Assembly (NCBI GenBank): GCA_018238155.1
Contig: JABCTZ010000041.1
Span: forward strand, 48,540-112,539
DNA from: Candidatus Heimdallarchaeota archaeon
GTDB taxonomy: Archaea > Asgardarchaeota > Heimdallarchaeia > JABLTI01
Direction: 5' to 3'
Length of the DNA stretch: 64,000 bases
Made by a program: the position numbers and the translations under genes. The notes below the pieces were generated by a model. It saw only the letters and a program-made list of their open reading frames with translations, ran no database searches and was not told the origin of the DNA. The number at the start of each line of letters is the position of its first letter. The stretch's first letter is position 1. This document shows positions 29,308 through 39,993 of this stretch, in pieces.

Positions 29308-29916
29308 TCAGCTACGAACACCTCTTTGGGCTCCTTCAAGAAATTTCATTTTTTGAGCTTCTTTTGAATATTCATTTTCATCAAAACGCGAAAGCAACAT
29401 TTTTCCCATTGCTTCAAAAGCTTCATTTATTCCTTCTCCAATATATGCTGAAGTTTCAAAATAGGCATCAAAAGCCAGTTTTTCTTGAAAAGAAGTAATA
29501 TCTTCACTCCAGATTTCTGCTGATTTGCGAAGATCTTTTTTTGTAGCAATTAAAAACATTGGTGCTCGGAAATCAAGATTGTCCTTTACAGATTCGTACC
29601 ATTGCTCCAAATTATAAAAACTGTCTCGACGAGTAATATCAAAAGTAAGAAAAATGCCTTTAGCACCTCCAGCAAATGCTTTACGTAATTTTTCAAACTG
29701 ATCTTGTCCACCGATATCAAAAAGTTGCAAAGTAACACTTATGTTGTTCACATAGAATCTTTTGATAAAAAAATCACATCCAACAGTTAAGTTGTAATCG
29801 GAAAAGAATTCTTGTGTTGTTATTTGTGTACACATACTGGTTTTCCCAACAGCACCATCCCCTACTACTAGAACTTTAAAGAATGCTTCTTTGATTGCGG
29901 CAGACATTTTTTTCAC
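29308..29916 (-). CDS. Rab-like small GTPase
   Basis: G1 GDGAVGKT, G2 TVGCDF, G3 DIGGQ, G4 TKKD, G5 ETSA. No C-terminal Cys. Confidence 0.92.
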   Translation of the reverse strand: MKKMSAAIKEAFFKVLVVGDGAVGKTSMCTQITTQEFFSDYNLTVGCDFFIKRFYVNNISVTLQLFDIGGQDQFEKLRKAFAGGAKGIFLTFDITRRDSFYNLEQWYESVKDNLDFRAPMFLIATKKDLRKSAEIWSEDITSFQEKLAFDAYFETSAYIGEGINEAFEAMGKMLLSRFDENEYSKEAQKMKFLEGAQRGVRS

Positions 29917-30024
29917 CTTGTATCATAAAATAGATGTTTCACAAATATTGAACTATAGATAATAATTTTTGAAATGAATTGAGACATTTAAATTTTTGTT
30001 AATTTGTTAAAAACAGAGAATAAT

Positions 30025-30687
30025 TCATTTTTTGCCGAAAATTTTTCTGGGAATTATTTCGCTCGGGTTAGATAATTGAAAAACCGTTATTCTGTTCACA
30101 AAAGAATCTTTTTCAGCTTTTTCAAGAGCTTTTTGAAAATAACCATTTGCTTTTTGATTATTACCCAATAACCTGTTTATTTCTCCTGCCAAATAGAAAT
30201 ATAATTCTTCCGGATTCTTCAAGAAATCTCTGTCCCTTAGAATTTCCTCAATAGATTCTAGAACGATTCGTCTAGTTTTTTTGAGATTTTTATCTTCAAG
30301 AAATCTATATGCATGACATGCTTGCATTTGAGTAAAGGATTTTTGTTCTTTGGTTAGATTTTTGGAATATTCGGAGATCAATAGATATCCATCCCCAGCA
30401 TTAAATTCAGTAAAGGTCTTTTGAGTAAAATCCACCACATTTTTTAGCGCCACATTAAAATTGACTAAATCTTCTTCTATAAAAGATTTATAATCGGCTG
30501 TAAAAGCAGAAAAACCACATTTTGGACAGATATTTATCAGTAGTAAAATGTGTTGTGGGGAATCTGTACTAGCAATATACAAGTCACTATAACAGTGCCC
30601 AAATGTATTATAACTTCCAAGAATCTCGGATTGAAAGACCACAGAACAGTTTGGACAAGTGAATAATTCATCTAGTATTAATGGCAT
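30025..30687 (-). CDS. DUF2225-like Zn-finger/TPR protein
   Basis: CPNC...SDLY...CPKCGFSA and C-terminal YLAGEINRLLGN...A..YF. Confidence 0.7.
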   Translation of the reverse strand: MPLILDELFTCPNCSVVFQSEILGSYNTFGHCYSDLYIASTDSPQHILLLINICPKCGFSAFTADYKSFIEEDLVNFNVALKNVVDFTQKTFTEFNAGDGYLLISEYSKNLTKEQKSFTQMQACHAYRFLEDKNLKKTRRIVLESIEEILRDRDFLKNPEELYFYLAGEINRLLGNNQKANGYFQKALEKAEKDSFVNRITVFQLSNPSEIIPRKIFGKK

Positions 30688-30707
30688 TTAGTATCTCAAC
30701 TCGCGTA

Positions 30708-31565
30708 TTAATTTGAGCTTGGCTTTTCTGTTAGTAAACGTTTGTCTTGAACGTCACCCTCATAACTATGAGGTTGTCTTCGAACTTTATTATTTGATTT
30801 TTCAATTTCGCGAGCCTCATCTGCTAGCTTTGCGGCATTTCTCATCATTTCATGACCAGTAGCTACTTGAGCAATATAGTCTAATCGATCTTTAATTTTA
30901 AAACAACCTTCTGTGTTAATTGCTGCTACACGTTGAGCAATTATTAAGGCAGCTCTGGCTTTTGTTTCAGCATATGGGTTTGCAAAACCGGCTTTTTTTG
31001 ATGCAATAGTTGGAGTAATTATGAATTGAGGGAGAATGATTTTCTTGTTCTTTTTTATCTGAGAAATAACCTTATCAATTTCTTGATATAAAATATTGAA
31101 CACTCCACTAATTGCTAGAACTTTTAATAGATCAGCATTAAAAATTGCCATTTCAATAGGATCAAGAAATTCTCTACGAGCACCAATCATAGCATCCGAT
31201 TTAACAACAAAATATCCAATCCCTTTTTCTTTGAAAACCTCTATTGATTCTTTTTTCAGGATGTCTGTTAAAACTATAACAGGTTTAGTACCACTTGCTG
31301 CTTGTAGAATTACTTCCATCGGATTTGCTAATGAAGCATTTGGAGTAGCAATTATCAATAAATCCTTGTCAAGAGTAGTAGAGATACTAAATGCATCATT
31401 TATTGATTCTTTCTCCAGTTTTGCACCTGAGGAGATTGTACGAATGTCAATATCTAGTCTATCTGCACGTTCATCTAACAGCATCTCCAATAAAACAGAT
31501 GATGCGATATTGCCTAATTTCAATATGCCAATTTTTATTCTGTAAATTTTATCTTTTTTTGACAA
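30708..31565 (-). CDS. mtd: F420-dependent methylene-H4MPT dehydrogenase
   Basis: KLGNIASS, LLDERADRLDI, SGAK, DAMIGARREFLDPIEMAIFNAD, AGFANPYA, EGCF, HEMMR, RQPH. Confidence 0.93.
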   Translation of the reverse strand: MSKKDKIYRIKIGILKLGNIASSVLLEMLLDERADRLDIDIRTISSGAKLEKESINDAFSISTTLDKDLLIIATPNASLANPMEVILQAASGTKPVIVLTDILKKESIEVFKEKGIGYFVVKSDAMIGARREFLDPIEMAIFNADLLKVLAISGVFNILYQEIDKVISQIKKNKKIILPQFIITPTIASKKAGFANPYAETKARAALIIAQRVAAINTEGCFKIKDRLDYIAQVATGHEMMRNAAKLADEAREIEKSNNKVRRQPHSYEGDVQDKRLLTEKPSSN

Positions 31566-31811
31566 GTTTTAATCCTTCTTCAATTTTTTAACTAGCCAGT
31601 GAAGATCATCATCTTTCAATCTAATCTTCGTTTACAATAAATACTAGTTACTCTTATATCTTAATTATAATTTGAAAAAGATAAATTTTGTTATAATAAA
31701 ATTTTTGCTAAAGTTATGACTAGAAGAAAATAAAACAAAATCAAAAGACTTGTACAAAAATCAGTTTATGATTTTTCATAACAAAAGAATTAGTTCAAAC
31801 AAGTAGATTTA

Positions 31812-31825
31812 TTAGGTATACCTAA
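31812..31825. promoter_or_regulatory. Putative DtxR/MntR-type operator
   Basis: Perfect 14-bp palindrome TTAGGTATACCTAA directly upstream of the DtxR-family gene. It matches TTAGG...CCTAA-type DtxR/MntR boxes. Confidence 0.7.
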
Positions 31826-31827
31826 CA

Positions 31828-32295
31828 ATGATAGGTTTGATATTAGGTGGATTAATAATTTTGGATATGGCAACAGTAGACAATCTAACAATGACAGCAA
31901 CAATAGAAGATTATCTAGAAAGCATTCTTGTTATTAGCGAAAAAAAAGGATTTGCTCCAGTAACTGAAATAGCTAATTTTTTAAAAGTGAGTAAAGCTAG
32001 CGTAACAGAAATGTTGTCAAAATTAAAAAAACATAAATTGGTTTTATATGAAAAATATGGAACAATAACTCTCACAGAACAAGGAAAAAAAATAGCTGAA
32101 AAAGTTAAAGACAGGCACGAAATTTGGAAAACATTCCTAACATTAATTGGTGTCAAGTCTGAAATAGCTAATATTGACTGTTGTTTATTGGAACATAACC
32201 TTTCGAAAGAAACTATTTCAAATCTAAAAAAGTTCACCTTATTTCTCAAGGATAAAAAACAAAGTGATATTTTAAAACGATATGAAGAATTCTAA
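31828..32295 (+). CDS. DtxR/MntR family metal-dependent transcriptional regulator (true start probably 31861-31891)
   Basis: IEDYLESI, EIANFLKVSKASVTEML, LTEQG, RH...FL, CLLEH. Confidence 0.92.
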   Translation: MIGLILGGLIILDMATVDNLTMTATIEDYLESILVISEKKGFAPVTEIANFLKVSKASVTEMLSKLKKHKLVLYEKYGTITLTEQGKKIAEKVKDRHEIWKTFLTLIGVKSEIANIDCCLLEHNLSKETISNLKKFTLFLKDKKQSDILKRYEEF

Positions 32296-32318
32296 CAAAA
32301 ATGATCAGCCCAAAAAAT

Positions 32319-33143
32319 CTAATTGAGATATTTTGATAGTAATTCAAAAGAATTGGCTATTTTTTCCCAATTGTCAAGCTCGAAAACCATAGTGATATCT
32401 GAATCTAAAGTTGAAATTTGATCACAAAACGATTCCCAATTAATCGTACCTTTACCAACTTCAAGATGAGTATCACACCATCCATCTATTGGCCCATGAT
32501 TATCGTGAAGATGAATATGAACAACATGCTCTCTGAAACTGTTGAAGAATTCAGCAAAAGAATATTTTGTAGTATGTGAATGACCTATATCCCAAGTAAT
32601 CTTCAAATTGGAAGAATCAATGGCACTAATAATTTGTAACATTTTTTGAGGAGAAATTGCATCCTCAGGTTGATTCATTGGCATAATAGGCATATTTTCT
32701 AAACCAAGAATTATTTTTCGTTCAGAAGCATATTTCGTTAGCTCTTCTATAGACTTGACATTTCTTTCTTGAGTGATTTTCGGATAAGAAGCTCCAATTG
32801 CACCAAAAACACCAGGATGAAATGTGACAATTTTTGAACCAATATCTACAGCGAAATCAATGCTCTTTTTAATTTGTACCAAAGACAAATTTCGCACACT
32901 TTCATTTATAGCTGCAATATTAATATCAGAAAAAACTGAATGAATTGTCAGTTTAATAGCAAGCTCTTCTGCTAATTCCTTTATCTCTACTCGAGTTATT
33001 TCATCAATATTATCTATGAAACAATATGGTGGTTCAGTTACTAATTCAACAACTTGTAAACCCATTGCATGAGATTTTTTGATGAATTCAAGAATAGTAA
33101 TGTTTTCAGTAAAGTTCAAGACAAATGATGCACCAATTTTCAC
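32319..33143 (-). CDS. Sugar phosphate isomerase/epimerase (AP endonuclease 2 TIM barrel)
   Basis: TFHPG, LENMP, WDIGH, HIHLHDN, HLEVGKGTI, VFE. Confidence 0.85.
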   Translation of the reverse strand: MKIGASFVLNFTENITILEFIKKSHAMGLQVVELVTEPPYCFIDNIDEITRVEIKELAEELAIKLTIHSVFSDINIAAINESVRNLSLVQIKKSIDFAVDIGSKIVTFHPGVFGAIGASYPKITQERNVKSIEELTKYASERKIILGLENMPIMPMNQPEDAISPQKMLQIISAIDSSNLKITWDIGHSHTTKYSFAEFFNSFREHVVHIHLHDNHGPIDGWCDTHLEVGKGTINWESFCDQISTLDSDITMVFELDNWEKIANSFELLSKYLN

Positions 33144-33246
33144 GAAAATACCTCACATATCACGTCTATTTTCATAAATCATTTAATGATTACTATTAAA
33201 AAGTTACATTATCACTCCATATTAAATTCATTTGGTGATTTAAGGA

Positions 33247-34245
33247 TTGAATCAACTAAACATAAACAAAATTGAAACTTTTTTGTTAGAAAAATTCCAA
33301 ACTGATAAAATAGAAAACATCAAAATTATGCCTAACCCAACAGTAAATCATCTTGTAACTTTTGAAGCTGATGAGAAAAAGTACATAATGAAAATCTTAA
33401 CAAGAAAACCGGCAGCCGAACATGAATATTATAGATTGGAAAAAGAAGCAAATATATTGAAGCAGTTTAAGCTGCTTGAAGAATCTCAGAAATTTACTGC
33501 AAAAGAGCATCACAAAGTTCCTGTACCTGTGGTTATACATATCGAAAAGGATGAAAAGATAATTGGAAATAAATTTTTCATTACTGAATTTGTTGATGGA
33601 GAACTCTTAGAAGATGTTTGGTCAGATCTTAATAGAGAAGGTAAAGAAAAAATTACCATTCAGTTAGCAGAAATCATACAATTAATACATTCAGTCAAAT
33701 ATGAAATGTTCGGTGACATTGAAGAATTTGACTGTCCAAGGAAATTTTACTCTTACAAAGGATTGATTAAATCTAATATTAGAAAATATGCAAAAATAAT
33801 TGGTCCGAAAAAACTTTTGAATATAAAATTATTAAATCAAGTAGTAAAATTTGTTGAAGATAATAATGAAAAAATACTTCTAGATTTCAAACCAACATTG
33901 ATTCATAACGATTTACATTTTGGAAACATTATAGTAAAACAAGAGGCAGAGGGATGGATAGTTAAAGCTATTTTAGATTTTGAATGGGCTACAGCAGGAA
34001 ATCCAATTGAAGATCTTGTAAGTATAAAGGAACAATTTCCTTTTGATAAAGAATTAGAGAATCTCTTTTTTAGTAAATACTCAAAAAACAAATTTGATAA
34101 CATCAATGAATATAAACTTGAAGAAAGAATATTCACCATTCTAAAAGAAATATCAAGCATAGCTGTTGGTTGGATAAAATTTCATCCAACGAAAGAAAAT
34201 TTGAGATATGCCAAGAAAAGAATAGAAAAAATGATTACTGATTAA
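33247..34245 (+). CDS. Aminoglycoside phosphotransferase/choline kinase family protein
   Basis: VPVPVV, ITEFVDG, LIHNDLHFGNI, ILDFEWA...DL. Confidence 0.88.
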   Translation: MNQLNINKIETFLLEKFQTDKIENIKIMPNPTVNHLVTFEADEKKYIMKILTRKPAAEHEYYRLEKEANILKQFKLLEESQKFTAKEHHKVPVPVVIHIEKDEKIIGNKFFITEFVDGELLEDVWSDLNREGKEKITIQLAEIIQLIHSVKYEMFGDIEEFDCPRKFYSYKGLIKSNIRKYAKIIGPKKLLNIKLLNQVVKFVEDNNEKILLDFKPTLIHNDLHFGNIIVKQEAEGWIVKAILDFEWATAGNPIEDLVSIKEQFPFDKELENLFFSKYSKNKFDNINEYKLEERIFTILKEISSIAVGWIKFHPTKENLRYAKKRIEKMITD

Positions 34246-34253
34246 AATTGCTA

Positions 34254-37200
34254 TCAGCCATTTTTTCTTACGTCATCTAACATAATCTCTGCTTTTTCAA
34301 GTTCTTCTTGTTCCAATTCTTGTTGTTTTTTAAATTGAAGACGATATCGAATTTCAACAAAAATAACCATGCTTATGAAAGAAATAACAGGAACAATGGA
34401 GGATAACAAAACTAGTCGCAGTTGTATTGAACGTAAATTATCCTTGGAGTTATTTGGATCAGTTCCAGCAAGGATTTCATCTCTATCTGAGAAACCATCC
34501 GAATCGGTGTCTTTTAAAAATGGGCTTGTGTGGTATTTTTTAATTTCTTCCCAATCTGTTAAAGTATCTGCATCAGTATCTGCATCAAGAGGGTTTGTTC
34601 CATAGACATGGACTTCATCTCCATCGGATAATAAATCTGAATCGGTATCAAGAACATAAATATCTGTCCCATGAAGATATTCATCAATATTTGATAAATT
34701 ATCTTTATCTGGATCTTCAAGTGAATCATCAATTAATATTAGTAATGAATTTCGATATTCGAAGAAATCATCCATTCCATCTCCATCGGTATCGTTACTC
34801 AAGGGATTTGACAACAGAGTAAAAATTTCAAAATCATCATTTAACAAATCTTTATCAGAATCTCGAGAAGTGGGATCAGTACCATAGATTAGAACTTCAT
34901 CACCATCTCGCAAATTATCTCTATCTGTATCACTCTTCAGAGGGTTGCTTTTATAGATTAAAATTTCTTCACCATCATTTAAATTATCCCAATCTGTATC
35001 AAACAGGGCAGGATTTGTATAATTTCCTTTTGTTTCAAATCCATCTTGTAATCCATCTCCATCCGTATCAGGGTTTAATGGATCAGTTAAAAAGTATTTT
35101 TCGTCTAATGTACCCAAACCATCTAGATCGGTATCATTCTGCAAAACAATCCAATTAATATAATCTACCATTTCAAAAAAAATCGATATCTCTTCTGTTA
35201 CATTATTATATGCAAACACAGGCAGAGATTTATCCATAGCGTGATAAAAAATGGTCCTATCATCAATCCATAATCCAGCAGAATTTCTCTTAATAATTTT
35301 CAAATAATCAAGAGTAGTTGCATGCCAATAGCTTATCATTGCATCTAATTCATAATAGACCAAGTAAAATTCATCTTCAATAGACATAACATCAAAATAT
35401 GATTCACTTCCAGTTCCATATAGAAAAATACCATTATTAACCCAAAAACCGCCTTTAGCTTTGTATAAGCTATAAAAATCTGTATCATAAATATTTTGCC
35501 AGTGAGAAATAACAATACTATCAGTTAAAATCAAATCAAGATTTCCTTCTGAATCAGAGATAAGTTTTGGACGACTCATTCTATTATATGATGCAACAAC
35601 AATTGATGGGGAAGTCCAATCTTCGCCAATATTTTTTGAACGATAGATTATACTAGAAAAATGGAATGAAACAGAATATTCTACATTTACCAAGTGCAAT
35701 GTTCCATCCGGTTCAGCAATTGCATGTAATTGAAAGTCATGTGATTCGACTTCGTATGTTGGTAGACTTATTGGATCAGTAAAATTTTCTTCATTAAATG
35801 GTTTCATTGAATAACCAATTTCGTAGATTTCGCTATTTTGGTTGTATTGAACCCAAAATGCATGAATATTTAACTGTTCATCGAAGAAAATTGACCTCTC
35901 TTCAAGAAGGTCGATCGATAATAAGGGAGTAAATAGCAGCTTTGGTAAAGACCAATTGTTCTGATTTTTATTCTTAGTTGTCATAAAAAGACCGGTTCTA
36001 CTAGTTTCTGAGTCAAGAGAAATATAGAAAGCATAGAGAGTATCATTTTCATCTATCAGTAAATTGGTATTGGTTACATCGTACAATTCATCAACAATAC
36101 TTGTATAACCAGACCAAGATGTTTCATTCAACAATTTCTTCTGATAGAAAATTTCATCTTCATTTCTATTCTTATGATGACAAATCAGATGCAATATTCC
36201 GTCTGAATCTGTAACAACTGATTGGAAATAAAAATTATTACCACCAAAATAGATTTCTGATTCTGCAGAGAAATTTCCGCTTCTGGAATAATTTTTTGAA
36301 ACAATCGAACCATCTGATAAATAAAATATATTAGCGATTAAAGTTGAGCTATTTAATGGACTAAAAAAATCAGGATGTTTAGAATAATCATCTGTAGAAA
36401 TGAGTACTCCTGCACTCCACGAAGAATTTGATGCGAATAATTTTCTTTGATATAGATGATGCTTTAAACTTACAATTTGTTCGTAAACTAAATAGACATC
36501 ATCTGTTAAACTGTCCTCAACAATTGTTGCATAATAAGAACTCGTCGAAGCAGCATTAAATTGTTTGTAAACATTTACTAGTATTTCAGTTTCCAACAAT
36601 TCTCCATAACACATAGCATAATATTTTGGTCTTTCAATCCAAAGAAGAAAATTGCCACCAGACAATTTCGGAAAAATAAACACTCCATCAATTTTATCCT
36701 CACTAGTAGCTATTTCTGTATGTGCATTCCATGATTTGGTAGTTTCATTGTATTGTGAATAAACTAAAAAATTATCACCATCAAAGCTTGTGGCTCTAGA
36801 CCAAGCAATTCTTAATGAATCATAAGTAGAACAAACTCCAATGTGCACAGGATTTGATTCATTGAAAAGTATCCATGGTTCAGATAACCAAAGAGCTGTA
36901 GTTAAATTTAATCTCTTTATACATACATGGCTATCCCAATTTACTGATGTACTTGAATCTTCTTCACATTTCCAAACAACATTTATAGTATCATTATGAG
37001 TTAGAACTAAAGCCAATTCAGATATTTCATAAAATAAGGAATCAAAAATCAATTCATTAGAGAAATTCAAATTATACGAAGGTGATTGGAAATAATATAA
37101 TCTATATTGTCCAATTCTGTAAGCGTAAAATACGATATGAATGCCACCTTCGGTATCTATCAATAGTTGTGGTAATTTCACTTGCGTAATCAATCTAAAA

Positions 37201-37616
37201 ACAATTTCAGGTTCAATCCAATTTACAGAATCATTTGAATACGAATACATAAGAGATAACCCATGATATGTTAACTGTTGAAACCAAACACAATGTGTTG
37301 AACCATTTTGTCCCATAGCAATTGCATATTCATTTATAAGCAATTTTTCATTTGTAATCCGAAATGCCTCCCCAAAAATAGCTGTTGATTCATCAAATGA
37401 ATCTGTTATGAAATCAACATCTACAACATTCTCGCCAACATCTACAGATACTTCTTTATCATCTTGTTGTATAGCAAACTCTTCATCTATTGTAATAACT
37501 GCTGATAACTGAAATTTACTTTGAGATATTTGAGGTAAGAAAGCACTCAAAATAATTAGTAGTGCAAATATTGAAATAATTTTTGAATGATGGGAGACTT
37601 TTTTCATATATTTCAC
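34254..37616 (-). CDS. Large cell-surface protein: BNR/beta-propeller region, TSP3-like repeats, C-terminal TM
   Basis: Signal peptide, repeated DxxGxxHxVW...WS blades, about ten DTDxDGLxD repeats, TM and charged tail. Confidence 0.8.
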   Translation of the reverse strand: MKYMKKVSHHSKIISIFALLIILSAFLPQISQSKFQLSAVITIDEEFAIQQDDKEVSVDVGENVVDVDFITDSFDESTAIFGEAFRITNEKLLINEYAIAMGQNGSTHCVWFQQLTYHGLSLMYSYSNDSVNWIEPEIVFRLITQVKLPQLLIDTEGGIHIVFYAYRIGQYRLYYFQSPSYNLNFSNELIFDSLFYEISELALVLTHNDTINVVWKCEEDSSTSVNWDSHVCIKRLNLTTALWLSEPWILFNESNPVHIGVCSTYDSLRIAWSRATSFDGDNFLVYSQYNETTKSWNAHTEIATSEDKIDGVFIFPKLSGGNFLLWIERPKYYAMCYGELLETEILVNVYKQFNAASTSSYYATIVEDSLTDDVYLVYEQIVSLKHHLYQRKLFASNSSWSAGVLISTDDYSKHPDFFSPLNSSTLIANIFYLSDGSIVSKNYSRSGNFSAESEIYFGGNNFYFQSVVTDSDGILHLICHHKNRNEDEIFYQKKLLNETSWSGYTSIVDELYDVTNTNLLIDENDTLYAFYISLDSETSRTGLFMTTKNKNQNNWSLPKLLFTPLLSIDLLEERSIFFDEQLNIHAFWVQYNQNSEIYEIGYSMKPFNEENFTDPISLPTYEVESHDFQLHAIAEPDGTLHLVNVEYSVSFHFSSIIYRSKNIGEDWTSPSIVVASYNRMSRPKLISDSEGNLDLILTDSIVISHWQNIYDTDFYSLYKAKGGFWVNNGIFLYGTGSESYFDVMSIEDEFYLVYYELDAMISYWHATTLDYLKIIKRNSAGLWIDDRTIFYHAMDKSLPVFAYNNVTEEISIFFEMVDYINWIVLQNDTDLDGLGTLDEKYFLTDPLNPDTDGDGLQDGFETKGNYTNPALFDTDWDNLNDGEEILIYKSNPLKSDTDRDNLRDGDEVLIYGTDPTSRDSDKDLLNDDFEIFTLLSNPLSNDTDGDGMDDFFEYRNSLLILIDDSLEDPDKDNLSNIDEYLHGTDIYVLDTDSDLLSDGDEVHVYGTNPLDADTDADTLTDWEEIKKYHTSPFLKDTDSDGFSDRDEILAGTDPNNSKDNLRSIQLRLVLLSSIVPVISFISMVIFVEIRYRLQFKKQQELEQEELEKAEIMLDDVRKNG

Positions 37617-37788
37617 ATCGTATAGTAAAATTAATGATAGCTATTAGATCTATTCTCATTCGTATGAGAATGATTTATTTTTTAATATACTTTTCTGAGA
37701 ATCTGTTTGATAATTATATAGTCTAGAAAGCAATTTTAATTAAAGATAATATTTAAAACAGCAAATCAAAAGAATTGAGTAGATAAAA

Positions 37789-38565
37789 ATGAACAAAATA
37801 ACTCGCAGCTCAAATAACTTAGAAAAAATAGCTAAGGATTTTACAGATGGATATTGTAAAAAGATGCTTGTAATATTTGGTTCTTGTTATGCAATTTTTG
37901 ATGGAAGAATAAAATCGTTTTTACCTATAGGTGATCGTCACTTCTTTGTCAAAAAAGATGAAACTCTGATTCTCCATGGATCAAAGGGATTAAAACCCTT
38001 GAATTGGCAGCTTGGAGGAGCAGGTAAAATCAAGTTTCTAGTAGAGGAAGGAAAACTAATAGTGAAAACTTTTAGACCAAAAACAAAAGAGTCATTAGAA
38101 ATAATCTTTGAAAAAGTATATGAATCAATTATTTACGATGCACATGATTCCGGTTCTCTAAGTATCTATGGATCAGAAAGTGATCTTTCAAATTACTTGT
38201 ACGACCATCCTGAAATAATTGACAAAGATTTTCAACCTACAGCAAGGGAATTTGAAACGCCCTTTGGTTTTTTAGACTTACGTGGAGTAGACAAAGAAGG
38301 AAATATTATTGTTATTGAAGTAAAAAAAAGAAGTGCCTCACCTGCAGATGCACAACAATTAAAACGATATGTAGAATATTTTGCTAAAGTAGAGAAGGTA
38401 AAAGTTCGAGGAATACTGGTTGCAAAAAGCTTTCCAAAAAAAGTGATGAATGTTCTGAATGTCAATGGTCTTGAGGCAGTAGAAGTTCCTTGGCTAGAGA
38501 TATTTCCAGCATTATCAAACGAGAAACCTTCTATTACTATTGATGCGTTTTTCAAAAAAGACTAA
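37789..38565 (+). CDS. nucS: Mismatch-specific endonuclease NucS/EndoMS
   Basis: FDGR...GDR...KKD, PLNWQ, GSESDL, REF.TPFG.LD, VIEVKKR, QLKRY, RGILVA. Confidence 0.92.
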   Translation: MNKITRSSNNLEKIAKDFTDGYCKKMLVIFGSCYAIFDGRIKSFLPIGDRHFFVKKDETLILHGSKGLKPLNWQLGGAGKIKFLVEEGKLIVKTFRPKTKESLEIIFEKVYESIIYDAHDSGSLSIYGSESDLSNYLYDHPEIIDKDFQPTAREFETPFGFLDLRGVDKEGNIIVIEVKKRSASPADAQQLKRYVEYFAKVEKVKVRGILVAKSFPKKVMNVLNVNGLEAVEVPWLEIFPALSNEKPSITIDAFFKKD

Positions 38566-38621
38566 AACTGACTTTGGTTATCTACACTAGAAATTTATAG
38601 TTAATCTGATATCAATATCAT

Positions 38622-39905
38622 ATGTCAAAGGAAAAGGAAACTAATATGGATTTTGTAGGCGAATTTGCTGAATATTCATATTCATTAATTGAAAAAATCT
38701 GTAATGATATTGGTCCTAGATATTCTTCTTCTCAGGAAGAAAAAAAAGCTAATTTATTATTAAAGGATGAATTGAGCAAATTTTGTGATGAAACAAACAT
38801 TGAAGAATTTGAAACAAGACCAAATTTATATCCTCAAGGAATTATTCGAATAACTTTTCTAATTGGTGGATTAGCTTTTTTCTCTATTCTGTTAGCTTAT
38901 CCATTTTCCATTATAGCTTCTATTTTGGTTTTTATTTCAGTGCTCGTACTCTTTTTTGAATTAATGCTAATTAAAGGATGGGCAAAATTCCTCTTTCGAA
39001 AAGGAACATCAAGTAATGTTTATGGAATTATCAAACCGTCAGAAGAAGTAAAATGTAGAATTTTGTTAGAAGGTCACACAGATTCTGCGATTCAAATGAG
39101 GATTTCAACAATAAAAGGCGATTCTATTGCAACGTTTTTGCTTATTATGAGTTTAACGTATAACTTGTTTTCTTTTATCTATCCAATCGTTAAAATTATT
39201 CTTCAATCACAAACAAGTGATCATTATGTTCTTTATGACCTCACTGTTTTTCAATGGACAAAATTAGACTTGTTTTGTTATCCGGTTGTGTTTGTTTTAT
39301 TTTTACTTAATATTACAACTTTTTCCCTTTTCCTTGGTAATAAAGTAGTCATGGGAGCAAATGATAATCTTTCAGGAACAGCGGTAGCTTTTGCAGTTGG
39401 TAAATATTTCAGTGAAAACAAACTGAAAAATGTTGAATTGATTATTGCATCAATGGGATCTGAAGAAGTAGGGGAAAGGGGAGCGCACCATTTTGTAAAA
39501 AAACATCCAGAATTATTTGAAAATTCTCTTTCTTTGGTTTTTGAGTGTGTTGGTGCAGGAGTAGAATTACTTTTAGTAGAATTTGATTTTATGCACCTTG
39601 CAAAATATAGTTCAGAAGTTATATCAAAATTTGAAAAAGGTTACAATCGCTACAAAGAAATTGATTCAAATATTATTCCGATGAGAATTGGTCGATTAAT
39701 AATCGGTTCATCAGATGCTAATGTCTACACAAAAGAAGGGTATGAAGCGGCTTTTATTATAATTTTAGATGAAAATACTAAACATAGACCAGTACAATGG
39801 CATACTATTAATGATACTTTGGAATTTATAGATAAGAAAATTTTACAAGATATTATTGGTATTTCGATTTGCTTTGTTGAACAGATTGAAAACAATTGTT
39901 CATGA
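38622..39905 (+). CDS. M28-family aminopeptidase with membrane insertions
   Basis: IGPR, GHTDS, GANDNLSG, GSEEVG, SSDA, WHTINDT plus TM segments. Confidence 0.85.
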   Translation: MSKEKETNMDFVGEFAEYSYSLIEKICNDIGPRYSSSQEEKKANLLLKDELSKFCDETNIEEFETRPNLYPQGIIRITFLIGGLAFFSILLAYPFSIIASILVFISVLVLFFELMLIKGWAKFLFRKGTSSNVYGIIKPSEEVKCRILLEGHTDSAIQMRISTIKGDSIATFLLIMSLTYNLFSFIYPIVKIILQSQTSDHYVLYDLTVFQWTKLDLFCYPVVFVLFLLNITTFSLFLGNKVVMGANDNLSGTAVAFAVGKYFSENKLKNVELIIASMGSEEVGERGAHHFVKKHPELFENSLSLVFECVGAGVELLLVEFDFMHLAKYSSEVISKFEKGYNRYKEIDSNIIPMRIGRLIIGSSDANVYTKEGYEAAFIIILDENTKHRPVQWHTINDTLEFIDKKILQDIIGISICFVEQIENNCS

Positions 39906-39993
39906 AATGTATTAGCTATTTATGAAAAGATGAATAGCTGGAAATCTATACCTATAAATACTAAATTTCTCGATATTTAATTGGGAGTAATTA

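Noticed and set aside
34380-35140. DxDxDG repeats as a DNA-level repeat element
   Set aside because: The repetition is at the protein level (TSP3-like Ca-binding motifs) with diverged codons, which is common in surface proteins.
37652-37671. Palindrome ATTCTCAT-tcgt-ATGAGAAT between the surface-protein gene and nucS
   Set aside because: It could be an operator, but it is a single instance with no identifiable regulator.
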